NCBI GenBank assembly: GCA_028713575.1
Contig: JAQTOB010000001.1
Coordinates: 70,379 to 102,378 of the forward strand
Origin: Patescibacteria group bacterium
Lineage (GTDB): Bacteria; Patescibacteriota; Patescibacteriia; UBA2591; UBA6264
Reading direction: 5' to 3'
DNA length: 32,000 bases
The position numbers and the translations under genes were made by a program. The notes below the pieces were generated by a model. That model made no database searches and was not told the origin of the DNA. It saw only the letters and a program-made list of their open reading frames with translations. Shown piece after piece: positions 1-9,413 of the stretch (positions are counted from its first letter, which is position 1; the number at the start of each line of letters is the position of its first letter).

Positions 1-725
1 GAAAAATTATCGCCTAAATTATGCGAAGTGGCGGCCTGTAAAGCCTTTCCATTGGGGATCACCAATTCAATTGAATAAGTGGTTTTAGCACCAGCAAATT
101 TTTCCTGGTCGCTTTTAATGCCTATATAAGGAGATATGGCAAAATGTTCTTTATAAAAATCTTCGTACCATTTCAAAGCCTTTAAGGCCATTGAGACTGC
201 TTCTGCTTCTGTTTGATGAACAGTGTGTCCTTCTTGCCATAAAAATTCCGTAGTTCTTAAAAAGGGATATGTTCTTTTTTCCCAACGAATTATGTTGCAC
301 CATTGATTTATTTTTAACGGCAAATCGCGATAACTATGTATCCAGTCGGCAAATGTTTTATACATAATTGTTTCTGAAGTTGGCCTTAAAACATATGGTT
401 CTGATAATTTTTCCCCTCCGGCATGGGTAACAACCGCCAATTCCGGAGAAAATCCCTCTAAGTGTTCTTTTTCTTTTTTCAAAAGATAATAAGGAATCAT
501 CAACGGGAAATAATAATTTTTGATATCATCTTCCTTAAATTTTTGGTCAAGCGTGGCCTGAACTTTTTCCCAAAGAGCATAACCATTGGCTTTAATAATC
601 ATACTTCCCTTTACTTCTGAATAATCAGCTAAATCGGCCAAAACAACAACATTATTATACCAATCAGCCATATTCTCTGACTTCTTGGTTAGTCCCTTTT
701 TCCGAAAACCTTTTTCTTGTTTCAT
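1..725 (-). CDS. proS: prolyl-tRNA synthetase, N-terminal ~241 codons (gene continues beyond the left edge)
   Basis: Absent from the ORF track because it runs off the window. Hand translation of the minus strand from ATG 725-723 gives MKQEKGFRKKGLTKKSENMADWYNNVV...YVLRPTSETIMYKTFADWIHSYRDLPLKINQWCNIIRWEKRTYPFLRTTEFLWQEGHTVH...QAATSHNLGDNF. This matches the class II ProRS (archaeal/eukaryote-like type) catalytic core. Confidence 0.8.
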   Translation of the reverse strand, partial: MKQEKGFRKKGLTKKSENMADWYNNVVVLADLADYSEVKGSMIIKANGYALWEKVQATLDQKFKEDDIKNYYFPLMIPYYLLKKEKEHLEGFSPELAVVTHAGGEKLSEPYVLRPTSETIMYKTFADWIHSYRDLPLKINQWCNIIRWEKRTYPFLRTTEFLWQEGHTVHQTEAEAVSMALKALKWYEDFYKEHFAISPYIGIKSDQEKFAGAKTTYSIELVIPNGKALQAATSHNLGDNF

Positions 726-730
726 GGTGT

Positions 731-1906
731 TTAAAATAATTGAATTATTTCTTTATAGGTTATGATAATTAAAATTAATAATAAAATATAAAATCCTAAA
801 TTAATTAAAATCATCTCTGTTCGGCGATTAATCGGCTTTCTTTTAATTCCCTCAATAAAAGAAAATAGTATTCTTGAACCATCCAAACCGGGGAACGGAA
901 TGATTTGAAAAGAACCAATGGCGATTGAGATTAATCCTAAAAATTGTAAAAAATAAACAATACCAATTTTTGCCACTTCACTGGTCATGGCGGCAATTCC
1001 GATTGGTCCTAACATTTTTCCGACAACTCTTTGATTAATTACAAGGCTTTTCAAAATCATCCATAGGCCGGAAAAAATTTGAGCAATAAGAGAAATTGTC
1101 GCCTGAAAACCAAGCCCGATTGACCTAAATAAAGGATAAGCAACAATCGCCGTTTGACTTAAAGAAACGCCAATAACTCCAGATGATTTGTTTAATTCTT
1201 CTAAATCATTAAAAATGTCTTCGGCCGCAACTATATTTACTTCTTTTACAAGCGTCTCCTTTTGTCGAATAATTTCTATATTTAAAGACTTATTAATATT
1301 TGATTTAATATAATCTTGAATCTCTTTTATGTTTTGAGACCGTTGGCCGTCCAAAGAAACAATAATATCCCCTATTTTCAACCCGGCGATATCGGCCGGA
1401 GAATCGGGCATTATCATATCAATTTGAATCCCAACTGGACGTAAAATTTTCCCTCCATTTACTTCTCCAATGTCTCGCGGAATGCCAATTAAAAAACAAA
1501 AAGTATAAATTAAAAAAGCGAGGAAAAAATTCATCAATACTCCACCTAAAGCGATTAAGGCCTTTTTCCACCATGGCTGACTAAAAAAACTATCAGAATC
1601 GTTATCTTCGTCCCCCAGCTCTCCTTTAATTTTATTAAAGCCACCAAAGGGGATTAAATTTATTGAATAAATTGTATTCTTCTCTGCTTGGGTTGGTATA
1701 TTTTTCCCTAAAAAAAATTTTATCTTTAATTTTTTCCAAAATCCCAAAAACCCTGATTTATAAAAAACAAATCCCCCCAAACGGGGCGGATAGCCAAGTC
1801 CAAATTCTTCTACCTTAACTCTAAAAATTTTGGCGAATAAAAAATGACCAAATTCATGAAAAAAAACCAAAACGCTTAGACCAATAATGGCCAAAAAAAT
1901 AGACAT
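731..1906 (-). CDS. rseP: RIP site-2 metalloprotease RseP/YaeL family (M50, with PDZ domain)
   Basis: N-terminal HEFGHF zinc motif inside a TM helix, central PDZ-like segment (SPADIAGLKIGDIIVSLDG), and C-terminal TM with LDG motif (PFPGLDGSRIL). Confidence 0.85.
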   Translation of the reverse strand: MSIFLAIIGLSVLVFFHEFGHFLFAKIFRVKVEEFGLGYPPRLGGFVFYKSGFLGFWKKLKIKFFLGKNIPTQAEKNTIYSINLIPFGGFNKIKGELGDEDNDSDSFFSQPWWKKALIALGGVLMNFFLAFLIYTFCFLIGIPRDIGEVNGGKILRPVGIQIDMIMPDSPADIAGLKIGDIIVSLDGQRSQNIKEIQDYIKSNINKSLNIEIIRQKETLVKEVNIVAAEDIFNDLEELNKSSGVIGVSLSQTAIVAYPLFRSIGLGFQATISLIAQIFSGLWMILKSLVINQRVVGKMLGPIGIAAMTSEVAKIGIVYFLQFLGLISIAIGSFQIIPFPGLDGSRILFSFIEGIKRKPINRRTEMILINLGFYILLLILIIITYKEIIQLF

Positions 1907-2145
1907 ATCAAATTTATTAAAATTTTATATCCGTTGGCTAATTTCGCCAGTCAGCAAGAAATTAAATTTTACTGTGAATTTAAGTGCCTCGTTAAATAAA
2001 CAAAAAATATAATTTATCTTTAATAAAAATAAAATAATTAATTTCTTTAAATTTTTCAAGCATCTTTCTTAATCTTTGTCTAAAAAGGCAAAAGTTTTGT
2101 TGCTGAAATTGTAATAGCCCTGTCTTTCAATTTTAAAAAAACATT

Positions 2146-2697
2146 TTAAATTGAAATTATTTCTTTCTCTTTTCTTTCGCCAATTAATTTCACCTCCTCT
2201 TGATAATCGCCTGCCATTTTGTCTAGTTTTTCAAAAAGGCGATATTTATCATCTTCACTTATTTCTTTAGATCTCTCGGATTTAACAATTTCTTCTTTTA
2301 TTGAATCGCGAATCGCTCTTAAAGATTTTCTGGCGCTCTCAAGTTTTAAGTGTAAAATTTTAACCAAATCTTTTCTTCTTTCTTCGTTTAACGGCGGCAA
2401 TGTTAAGCGAATTACTCCCTCGTTTACCATTGGTGGGGCACCAACGTCTGACTTGGATAAAGATTTTTCAATTTCTTTAATTATATTTTTGTCCCAAGGC
2501 TGGATGACAATTGTTCTCGGCTCAGGAACACTTAAAGTCGCCAATTGTTCCAAGGGGGTTTTTGTTCCATAAACTTCTATTAAAATGTGGTTTATTAATT
2601 CAGGATTAGCGCGATTGGTTCTTACGCTTTGAATATCTTTTTTTAAAAAATCAATTGTTTTAGTAAATTCTTCTTGATGTGATTCTGTTATATTCAT
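2146..2697 (-). CDS. frr: ribosome recycling factor
   Basis: 183 aa with the typical RRF pattern (IRTNRANPELINHILIEVYGTKTPLEQLATLSVPEPRTIVIQPWD...LPPLNEERRKDLVK). Confidence 0.95.
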   Translation of the reverse strand: MNITESHQEEFTKTIDFLKKDIQSVRTNRANPELINHILIEVYGTKTPLEQLATLSVPEPRTIVIQPWDKNIIKEIEKSLSKSDVGAPPMVNEGVIRLTLPPLNEERRKDLVKILHLKLESARKSLRAIRDSIKEEIVKSERSKEISEDDKYRLFEKLDKMAGDYQEEVKLIGERKEKEIISI

Positions 2698-2701
2698 AGA
2701 T

Positions 2702-3742
2702 TTATTTTGAAATATTAATTAGACCTAAATAAAGTATGTTGGTGTTAATTGGATCAATTAATATTTTATTTGGGACTCTTTTGCTAGGCAAAGACTTGGT
2801 TGTCCAATTTTCTCCGCCATCAACCGATTTATAAATTGTTTTTTGAGTCGCATAATAAATAATATCTGGATTGTGAGGATTAATTGCGACAACATAAATC
2901 TTTAACCCTCGATTGGAAGAAATTAATTTATATTCTCTCCAATTTTTTCCACCGTTTTCGGTATGAAATAATCCGTTATTTTTAACCATTAATAAGGCGT
3001 CTGAAAAATTCTGATTTAAAATAATCTGTTCTGGATTTCCCGATTGATAATTCTCTTTTAAAGAAACCCATGTTATTCCTTGGTCTTCTGAACGATAAGC
3101 CTCTTTATCTTTGGCCAATAAATAAATTATTTGAACATTATAAGGATTGATTAATATCTGTTGCACTTCTCTTCCAAAATTATATAAATTTGTCCAACTA
3201 ATGCCGTTATTTTCGCTTTTGATAAGTCGACCATCTGAAAGTCCGGCATAAATGAAATTATTAAACAAAGGATTAATCGCCAAAGATTTTATCTCCACTC
3301 CCGGCAATGATTCTAAATAAACATTTTCCCAAGTTCGATTAGCGTCCCTTGTTCTAAATATTTTTCCCTCAATGGCGACATAAACAACGTGTTTGGCCTT
3401 GGGGTCAACGGCGACAACATTGATTTTTCCATTTGGCAATCTTCTAACCCTCTCCCATGATTCTGCCGCGTCAAAACTTACAAAAAGACCATCCCTTCTA
3501 GTCCCTAAATAGATTGTTCCTGTATCTTGAGGGTCAAAACAAAGTTCGGTCACCTCAACATTATCTAAAATGTTATTTTCTTGTGGCAAACTTAAAAAAA
3601 CCGATTTCTGTCGCCAGCGCTCCATTTCGTCAACTGATTTATAAACACCGCCATCAAATGCCCCCCTCTCTATTTTAATACAACCGCCAGTAACAAATAA
3701 AATAAATAATAAAATTGCAATTGATCTTTTTTTCATAAACAA
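2702..3742 (-). CDS. secreted BNR/Asp-box beta-propeller lipoprotein (Ycf48/sialidase-like fold), function unknown
   Basis: Signal peptide plus lipobox (LFILFVTGGC). Six S/T-x-D-x-G-x-x-W Asp-box repeats: SFDAAESW, TRDANRTW, SENNGISW, SEDQGITW, TENGGKNW, SVDGGENW. Confidence 0.6.
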   Translation of the reverse strand: MFMKKRSIAILLFILFVTGGCIKIERGAFDGGVYKSVDEMERWRQKSVFLSLPQENNILDNVEVTELCFDPQDTGTIYLGTRRDGLFVSFDAAESWERVRRLPNGKINVVAVDPKAKHVVYVAIEGKIFRTRDANRTWENVYLESLPGVEIKSLAINPLFNNFIYAGLSDGRLIKSENNGISWTNLYNFGREVQQILINPYNVQIIYLLAKDKEAYRSEDQGITWVSLKENYQSGNPEQIILNQNFSDALLMVKNNGLFHTENGGKNWREYKLISSNRGLKIYVVAINPHNPDIIYYATQKTIYKSVDGGENWTTKSLPSKRVPNKILIDPINTNILYLGLINISK

Positions 3743-3804
3743 AATTTTAAATTTTTATTAACCGAAATAAATAAAATTTTATATTTATTCCAATCTAATT
3801 TTTA

Positions 3805-4764
3805 TTATAAATAATTAATCAACAAATTTTCAATCGCCATCCTGGGATTTACATTCATTGTTAAAAATAATCTTGTCTGATAAATTTCTTCAATTAAATC
3901 TTTTATTTTTTCAAATGAATAATTTTGGGATAAAATCTTCAATTGTTTAAAAAATTCTTGATTAATCGGCTCAAGGCCTAATTTTATTAACAAAATATCC
4001 CTAATAATAATCAAAAAATTTTCTAAGGCCTCTTTTTGAGGGGTCTCTGAATTTATAATCAAATCCGTTAATTTAAATTTATTGTCTGATTCATTAATGT
4101 TCAAAAGCGACAATATCTGGCTTGTTGTTTTTTTTATTTGCGTGATTTTTTCCGTATTTTTGGCAAGTTCAAGGGCTCGTCCCGGACGACCTAAAGACAA
4201 TTTTAAAATTTCTGACAACTCTAATTGACTTAAAGAATGTTTATTTTTCAAATAAGCCATTATTTCCTTTGTTCCCGGAAAATTAAATTTTAAAGCCTGG
4301 CAACGTGAACGAAGCGTAGGGATAATATTATTAAAACTTCTACTAATTAAAATAATAATTGATTTTTTCGGCGGTTCTTCTAAGGCCTTTAAAAGGGAAT
4401 TAGAAGCCTGTAAAGTAAGATTATCTGCTTCTTCTATTATAGCAATTTTATAAGGGGCTGCAAATGGGGTAGAAAAAATAAAAGACTGGATTTGACGAAT
4501 CTGTTCAACTCCTATTTTCTCTTTCTTCAAAGAACCATGAAGCCAAAAAATATCGGGATGAATTTTCTGATTAATTTGTTGACAAAGATGGCATTCGCGA
4601 AATTCTTCTTTACATAAGCAGAACAAACGAGTGATAAAATGTTCCGCTACTGTTGCTTTTCCAATATTTTCAGGTCCGTAAAATAGATAAGCATGAGCTA
4701 ATTGATTTTTGGCGATATTTTGCTCTAAAAAATAAATATTTTTTTGATGACCAATAATATTCAT
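3805..4764 (-). CDS. holB: DNA polymerase III delta-prime subunit
   Basis: AAA+ clamp-loader pattern: HAYLFYGPENIGK (Walker A-like), a Cys cluster (CLCKEEFRECHLCQQ), IIEEADNL, SNSLLKALEEPP and the SRC motif (LRSRCQ). I prefer the ATG at 4764 (MNIIGHQ...). The track start at 4830 would overlap the upstream gene. Confidence 0.8.
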   Translation of the reverse strand: MNIIGHQKNIYFLEQNIAKNQLAHAYLFYGPENIGKATVAEHFITRLFCLCKEEFRECHLCQQINQKIHPDIFWLHGSLKKEKIGVEQIRQIQSFIFSTPFAAPYKIAIIEEADNLTLQASNSLLKALEEPPKKSIIILISRSFNNIIPTLRSRCQALKFNFPGTKEIMAYLKNKHSLSQLELSEILKLSLGRPGRALELAKNTEKITQIKKTTSQILSLLNINESDNKFKLTDLIINSETPQKEALENFLIIIRDILLIKLGLEPINQEFFKQLKILSQNYSFEKIKDLIEEIYQTRLFLTMNVNPRMAIENLLINYL

Positions 4765-4795
4765 TTTAATTCCATAAATAAAAAATCCAATAAAA

Positions 4796-5914
4796 TTATT
4801 TGATTGCCTGAAAAATTTTGTAAGTTTCAAAAGCGCATTTTTCCCAAGAAAAATCTTTAACGTTTATAAATCCTTTTTGGCGCAATTGATTAACAATATT
4901 TTCATCTCTAATCACTTTTTCCATTATTCTTGCTAAATCATTGATGTCCTGAGGATAAAAATATAAAACTGCCGATTTACCTATTTCCGGTAAACAGCTT
5001 GATTTGCTGGAGATAACAGGACAACCGCAAGCCATTGCCTCAAGAAGCGGCAAACCAAAGCCTTCGTAAAGAGAGGGAAAAATGAAAGCTACTGCTCCAT
5101 TATAAAAATAAACTAAATCTTCTTCTTTAACATAACCCGGGAGAAAAAACATTTTTTTAACCAATTCTAATTCTTTTTTTATTTTCACATAACCAAAACC
5201 GCTTCTCCCGATTAAAACCATTTTAGGAACGTTTAATTTTTTTTGTTTTATTAATTTTTTATAAGCGTTAATTAACGCAATAATATTTTTTTTACTCTCA
5301 ATCCTCCCCACATAAAGAAAATACGGTTTTTCAATCTTGTAATTTTGAAGAACTGAATTTATTTTTTCCAAATCTTTTTCTTGATAAAAAACTTTTTCGT
5401 TATAGCCCTCGTGAACAACCTCTATTCTATTCTCTTTCACTTTATAAAATTTAAGGACTTCTTCTTTAGTAAATCTTGAAGGAACGATTATTTTATTTGC
5501 CTGACGAGCCGCCCGCCAATAAACCAAATTAAGATAAATTCTTTGCCAAAGAGAATAGGCCTTTTTAAAACGTTTAAAACCTAAATCATGAATGGTTATT
5601 ACTGATTTAATCGGACAAATAATCGGCAGACAATGAGCCGGAACAAATAAAATATCTGGTGGATTAAATAACATTTCTGTGGCCAGTCTTATCTGTGTCC
5701 ATAAATATTTTACCGGCCAATGCAATATTTTACTCCGCCAATTTTCAGGCAATGTTGCTAAATCATGTTTTAATTTGTCAGAAGAATATAAAATAAATTT
5801 ATCCCCTTGATTTAAAGGGATTTTTTTCAATTCTTGAATCAAATAATATGAATACCATCCAATACCTGTTTTTTGTTTTTGATTAGCCCGGGAGGCATCT
5901 ATTCCAATTACCAT
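4796..5914 (-). CDS. glycosyltransferase family 4 (GT-B fold)
   Basis: C-terminal EX7E-type motif region FIFPSLYEGFGLPLLEAMACGCPVISS. Start overlaps the mreB stop (TAATG). Confidence 0.8.
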   Translation of the reverse strand: MVIGIDASRANQKQKTGIGWYSYYLIQELKKIPLNQGDKFILYSSDKLKHDLATLPENWRSKILHWPVKYLWTQIRLATEMLFNPPDILFVPAHCLPIICPIKSVITIHDLGFKRFKKAYSLWQRIYLNLVYWRAARQANKIIVPSRFTKEEVLKFYKVKENRIEVVHEGYNEKVFYQEKDLEKINSVLQNYKIEKPYFLYVGRIESKKNIIALINAYKKLIKQKKLNVPKMVLIGRSGFGYVKIKKELELVKKMFFLPGYVKEEDLVYFYNGAVAFIFPSLYEGFGLPLLEAMACGCPVISSKSSCLPEIGKSAVLYFYPQDINDLARIMEKVIRDENIVNQLRQKGFINVKDFSWEKCAFETYKIFQAIK

Positions 5915-6921
5915 TATTTCATGGCTAAAATACTTCTTTTGTATGATTCTAAATTGTCTAAGGCCATGCCCGTTCCTCGCGCCACTGAAAGCAATGGTTC
6001 ATCGGCCAAATAAGCAGGAACGCCTATTTCTTTGGTTAATAATTTTTCAAAATTTCTCAATAAAGAACTTCCTCCGGACAAAACCATACCCTTTTCCATC
6101 ACGTCAGCGGACAATTCCGGCGGCGTTTCATAAAGCACTGATTTAACCGCTATTACAATTGCTTTTAACTCGTCTTGAATTGCCTCTGTAACGTCATCGG
6201 AATCAATGGTAATGACCCGAGGCAAACCTAAAATCATATCCCTTCCCTTAATATCTAGTTTGAGTTTTTTTTCTAATGGCAACGCTGATCCTATTTTTAT
6301 TTTAACTTCTTCGGCTGTTCTTTCTCCAATCGCCAAATTATATTTTTTTCTAATAAAAGTGGCAATAGCATAATCAAATTTATTTCCGGCGACTCTGACC
6401 GAAGTGCAAGAAACAATTCCTCCCAAAGAAATAACCGCCGCTTCGGTTGTTCCGCCGCCAATATCAATAATCATGTGGCCTGAAGCTGAACCAATTGGTA
6501 TATTTGAGCCAATGGCGGCCGCAATCGGTTCCTTAATAATATAAGCGGCCTTGGCTCCAGCCCTCATAGTAGCGTCAACCACGGCTCTTCTTTCAGAAGA
6601 AGTACAGCCGCCGGGAACAGCTACCATCACTTCTGGACGAAAAATATTAAAACGGCCAACCACTTTACCGATGAAATACTTTAACATTGCTTCTGTGGTT
6701 TTATAATCGGCAATAACTCCGTCTTTTAATGGCTTTTTCGCCACAATTGTATCCGGCGTCCGACCTATCATCTCTTTGGCCTCATCACCAACGGCTAAAA
6801 CGCTCTTATCTATAGTGGAAATGGCGACGACAGAAGGTTCATTGGTAACGATTCCCTTATTTGGCAAATAAACAAGAATATTTGTTGTTCCTAAATCAAT
6901 ACCTATTTTTTTATTAAACAT
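5914..6921 (-). CDS. mreB: rod-shape determining actin homologue MreB
   Basis: IGIDLGTTNILVY, EPSVVA, DGVIADY, IDIGGGTTE and SGGSSLLRNF are canonical MreB/actin-fold phosphate and adenosine motifs. Confidence 0.95.
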   Translation of the reverse strand: MFNKKIGIDLGTTNILVYLPNKGIVTNEPSVVAISTIDKSVLAVGDEAKEMIGRTPDTIVAKKPLKDGVIADYKTTEAMLKYFIGKVVGRFNIFRPEVMVAVPGGCTSSERRAVVDATMRAGAKAAYIIKEPIAAAIGSNIPIGSASGHMIIDIGGGTTEAAVISLGGIVSCTSVRVAGNKFDYAIATFIRKKYNLAIGERTAEEVKIKIGSALPLEKKLKLDIKGRDMILGLPRVITIDSDDVTEAIQDELKAIVIAVKSVLYETPPELSADVMEKGMVLSGGSSLLRNFEKLLTKEIGVPAYLADEPLLSVARGTGMALDNLESYKRSILAMK

Positions 6922-6957
6922 AAACTTATATTACTGTTTATATAAAACTAACATTAT

Positions 6958-8007
6958 CTATTCTATTTGATTTTCCAATGTTTTTTGGCGATATTTTGAA
7001 TAGCGTTTAATCAAAATAGAAATCATTGTAGCTGCCGGAACGGCTAAAATCATTCCGATTGGCCCCGCCAACTTTCCGCCGATTAATAAAGCAAGAATAA
7101 TGGCTAGGGGGTCAAGCCCTACGGCTCGATGCATTACATAGGGAGAAATTAAAGCATTTTCAATTTGTTGAATAGCAATATAAAAAATCAAAACGAATAG
7201 AGCCAATGTTGGCGACTGAGTAAGGGCAATTAAAACCGCCGGAATAGCCCCTAACCAAGGACCAAGATAAGGAATAACCTCTGTTAAGCCGGCTATAACC
7301 GCTAAAGTTAAAGGAAATTTTACTCCCAAAATTAACAGACCAAGATAAGCTAAAGTGCCGACAAATAAACAAAGCAAGAGCAATCCTCTAGCCCAGGCAC
7401 CTATTTCTTTTTGAGTTGATTCAATAAATTTATCTAAAAAATCTTGGTATTTGCGAGGCGTTATTGAACGAATAAAAGAGCGAACTGACTCTTTTCTCAC
7501 GGATAAATAAAAAGCCAAAACGAAAGACATCAAAATTGATATTATTTGTCCGGCCATTGTGCTTAAAAAAGAAAAAACGGACAAAGTGCTTAATGATGAC
7601 TTATCAAGCCATTTATCAATAATTTCAAAGAATTGACTTTGTGAGTCAAGCTGAATATTAGCTTCCATTTTACTAAAAATCGTTTTTAAAAAATTTGGAA
7701 TTTGGTCAATAAAAAGCCTTGTTTGTTCTCCTACGGCTGGAACAATTGCCAGGCCGATCAAAATTAAAATTAGTAAAACGCCCAAATAAATAAAAACCGC
7801 ACCCATTAAGCGAGGAATTTTTTTACGTTCAAGATAATTAACAATGGGATTAATAATCGCCGCCAATAAACCGGCAATTAAAACAATCAAAATAACGTCT
7901 CTTAATAAATATAATATCCAAATTGCGGCAATAATTAAAGTTATTTTAATGATTGACCATAAATCTATTTTAATTGTCGTCACATTGTGATGATTTTTTT
8001 CTTCCAT
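6958..8007 (-). CDS. AI-2E family transporter (PerM/YhhT-like permease)
   Basis: About 8 TM helices. Conserved C-terminal block LTEVIPYLGPWLGAIPAVLIAL...QQIENALISPYVM...GLDPLAIILALLIGGKLAGPIGMILAVP. Confidence 0.8.
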   Translation of the reverse strand: MEEKNHHNVTTIKIDLWSIIKITLIIAAIWILYLLRDVILIVLIAGLLAAIINPIVNYLERKKIPRLMGAVFIYLGVLLILILIGLAIVPAVGEQTRLFIDQIPNFLKTIFSKMEANIQLDSQSQFFEIIDKWLDKSSLSTLSVFSFLSTMAGQIISILMSFVLAFYLSVRKESVRSFIRSITPRKYQDFLDKFIESTQKEIGAWARGLLLLCLFVGTLAYLGLLILGVKFPLTLAVIAGLTEVIPYLGPWLGAIPAVLIALTQSPTLALFVLIFYIAIQQIENALISPYVMHRAVGLDPLAIILALLIGGKLAGPIGMILAVPAATMISILIKRYSKYRQKTLENQIE

Positions 8008-8035
8008 ATTTTTATATCTATAATTTATATTTTAA

Positions 8036-9310
8036 TTATATCTCCTTTTTTAAAAGACGCAAGAAAATATTTTTATCTTTAATCGGCCCAATTAATGAAA
8101 TATTAATATTTTTGAAAATATCTTGAGCGACGTTTTGAATATCTTTTCTTTGAACTTTTCTCATTTTCGCCAATTTTTCTTTCGGGGTAAAAATTTTTCC
8201 GGTTAATAGTATTTGTTTGGCATACCATCCGGCTAAATTGGCCGAATCTTCTAAATAAAGTCCAGTTGACCCTTCAATATAATCCTTTGCTCTTATTAAT
8301 TCCTCTTTTGTCACTCCTTTATCTTTTATTTTTTTAAGTTCTTTTAATATAACTTCCACTGCTTCCTGTGTTTTGTTTTTATCAACGCCGGCAAAAATGC
8401 CATAATTACCAATGTCTTGATAAATATCAAAATCCGCGTTAATGGCATAGGCCAACCCCCTTTTGACCCTTACTTCTGTAAATAAACGCGAACTCATATT
8501 CCCACCCAAAATAACTAACAATAATTTAAGGGCTTCTATTTTGGGATGATTGTAATGATAGGCCAAGCCGCCCAAAGCAATCTGTGTTTGTTTTAAGTCT
8601 TTAAATAAAATTTTAACTTTATCTTTAATTTTTATTTTTTTGCGATTAAAAATTTTAAAACTTCCTTGTTTTTTTGCTCCGTGATATGGGGCAAAATATT
8701 TTTTCATTAAATTTATAACTTGCAACTTGTCTACGCCCCCGGAAATGGCGACAACCATTTGATGCGGTTGATAAAAAATTTTTTTATATGCTAATAATTT
8801 TTGGCGATTCATTTTTTTAACATCGCTTAATTGTCCGCTGATTAATTGACCAAGGGGATGATTTTGATAAATAGTATTTTCAAAAAAATCATTAATATAT
8901 AATAAAGGATTTTCTTGATACATTTTAATTTCTTCTAAAATTACTCCCTTTTCTTGGCAAAACTCCTTTGCCTTAAAAAGCGAATTAAAAAGCATATCTG
9001 ATAAGACGTTTAAGGCCGTTTCCATTTTATTATTAACCGTTTTTATCCAATAACCCGTATGGTCTTTTCCGGTGAAGGCGTTATAATTAGCGCCAATTCC
9101 ATCCAATTCTTGAGCAATAGCCAGGCTAGTCGGACGTTTTTTTGTTCCTTTAAACATCATATGCTCTATAAAATGCGAAGCTCCATGCAGTTTTAAAGAT
9201 TCGTGCCGAGACCCTGCCGGCAATAAAACTAAGGCCGTAATTGTTTTGGAATTATTTTTAGGAATAATTACTAATTTTAAACCATTGGAAAGTTTTGTTT
9301 GATAATACAT
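8036..9310 (-). CDS. M16 family (pitrilysin-like) zinc peptidase
   Basis: Inverted zinc motif HxxEH (GASHFIEHMMFKGT) and a downstream E (ILEEIKMYQENP). I prefer ATG 9310 (MYYQTKLSNGLKLV). The track start at 9337 is a TTG. Confidence 0.85.
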   Translation of the reverse strand: MYYQTKLSNGLKLVIIPKNNSKTITALVLLPAGSRHESLKLHGASHFIEHMMFKGTKKRPTSLAIAQELDGIGANYNAFTGKDHTGYWIKTVNNKMETALNVLSDMLFNSLFKAKEFCQEKGVILEEIKMYQENPLLYINDFFENTIYQNHPLGQLISGQLSDVKKMNRQKLLAYKKIFYQPHQMVVAISGGVDKLQVINLMKKYFAPYHGAKKQGSFKIFNRKKIKIKDKVKILFKDLKQTQIALGGLAYHYNHPKIEALKLLLVILGGNMSSRLFTEVRVKRGLAYAINADFDIYQDIGNYGIFAGVDKNKTQEAVEVILKELKKIKDKGVTKEELIRAKDYIEGSTGLYLEDSANLAGWYAKQILLTGKIFTPKEKLAKMRKVQRKDIQNVAQDIFKNINISLIGPIKDKNIFLRLLKKEI

Positions 9311-9351
9311 AGTCGCTTCGCTAAATTCAAAATGCAAAAATTAAAATGTAA

Positions 9352-9371
9352 CCTGCCTGCCGGCAGGCAGG
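9352..9371 (-). terminator. GC-rich perfect palindrome, likely intrinsic terminator of glyQS
   Basis: CCTGCCTGCCGGCAGGCAGG is a perfect 20-bp palindrome in AT-rich DNA, 43 nt downstream of the glyQS stop. On the minus strand it is followed by TTACATTTTAATTTTTG. Confidence 0.5.
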
Positions 9372-9413
9372 AATGACAATTTAAAATTCAAAATAAACTC
9401 AACTTTTAATTTT

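Noticed and set aside
2219-2572. 117-aa plus-strand ORF. The same applies to other track ORFs at 5943-6146, 7160-7372, 10145-10432, 14146-14424, 15528-15725, 17988-18278, 19366-19569, 22358-22594, 22946-23149, 23842-24039, 24792-24974, 26712-26975, 28391-28630 and 28670-28864.
   Set aside because: Each lies entirely inside, and antisense or out of frame to, a gene with strong family motifs (frr, mreB, permease, glyQS, hydA, fusA and others). Their compositions are low-complexity (S/L/F/I/K-rich), typical of shadow ORFs in AT-rich DNA.
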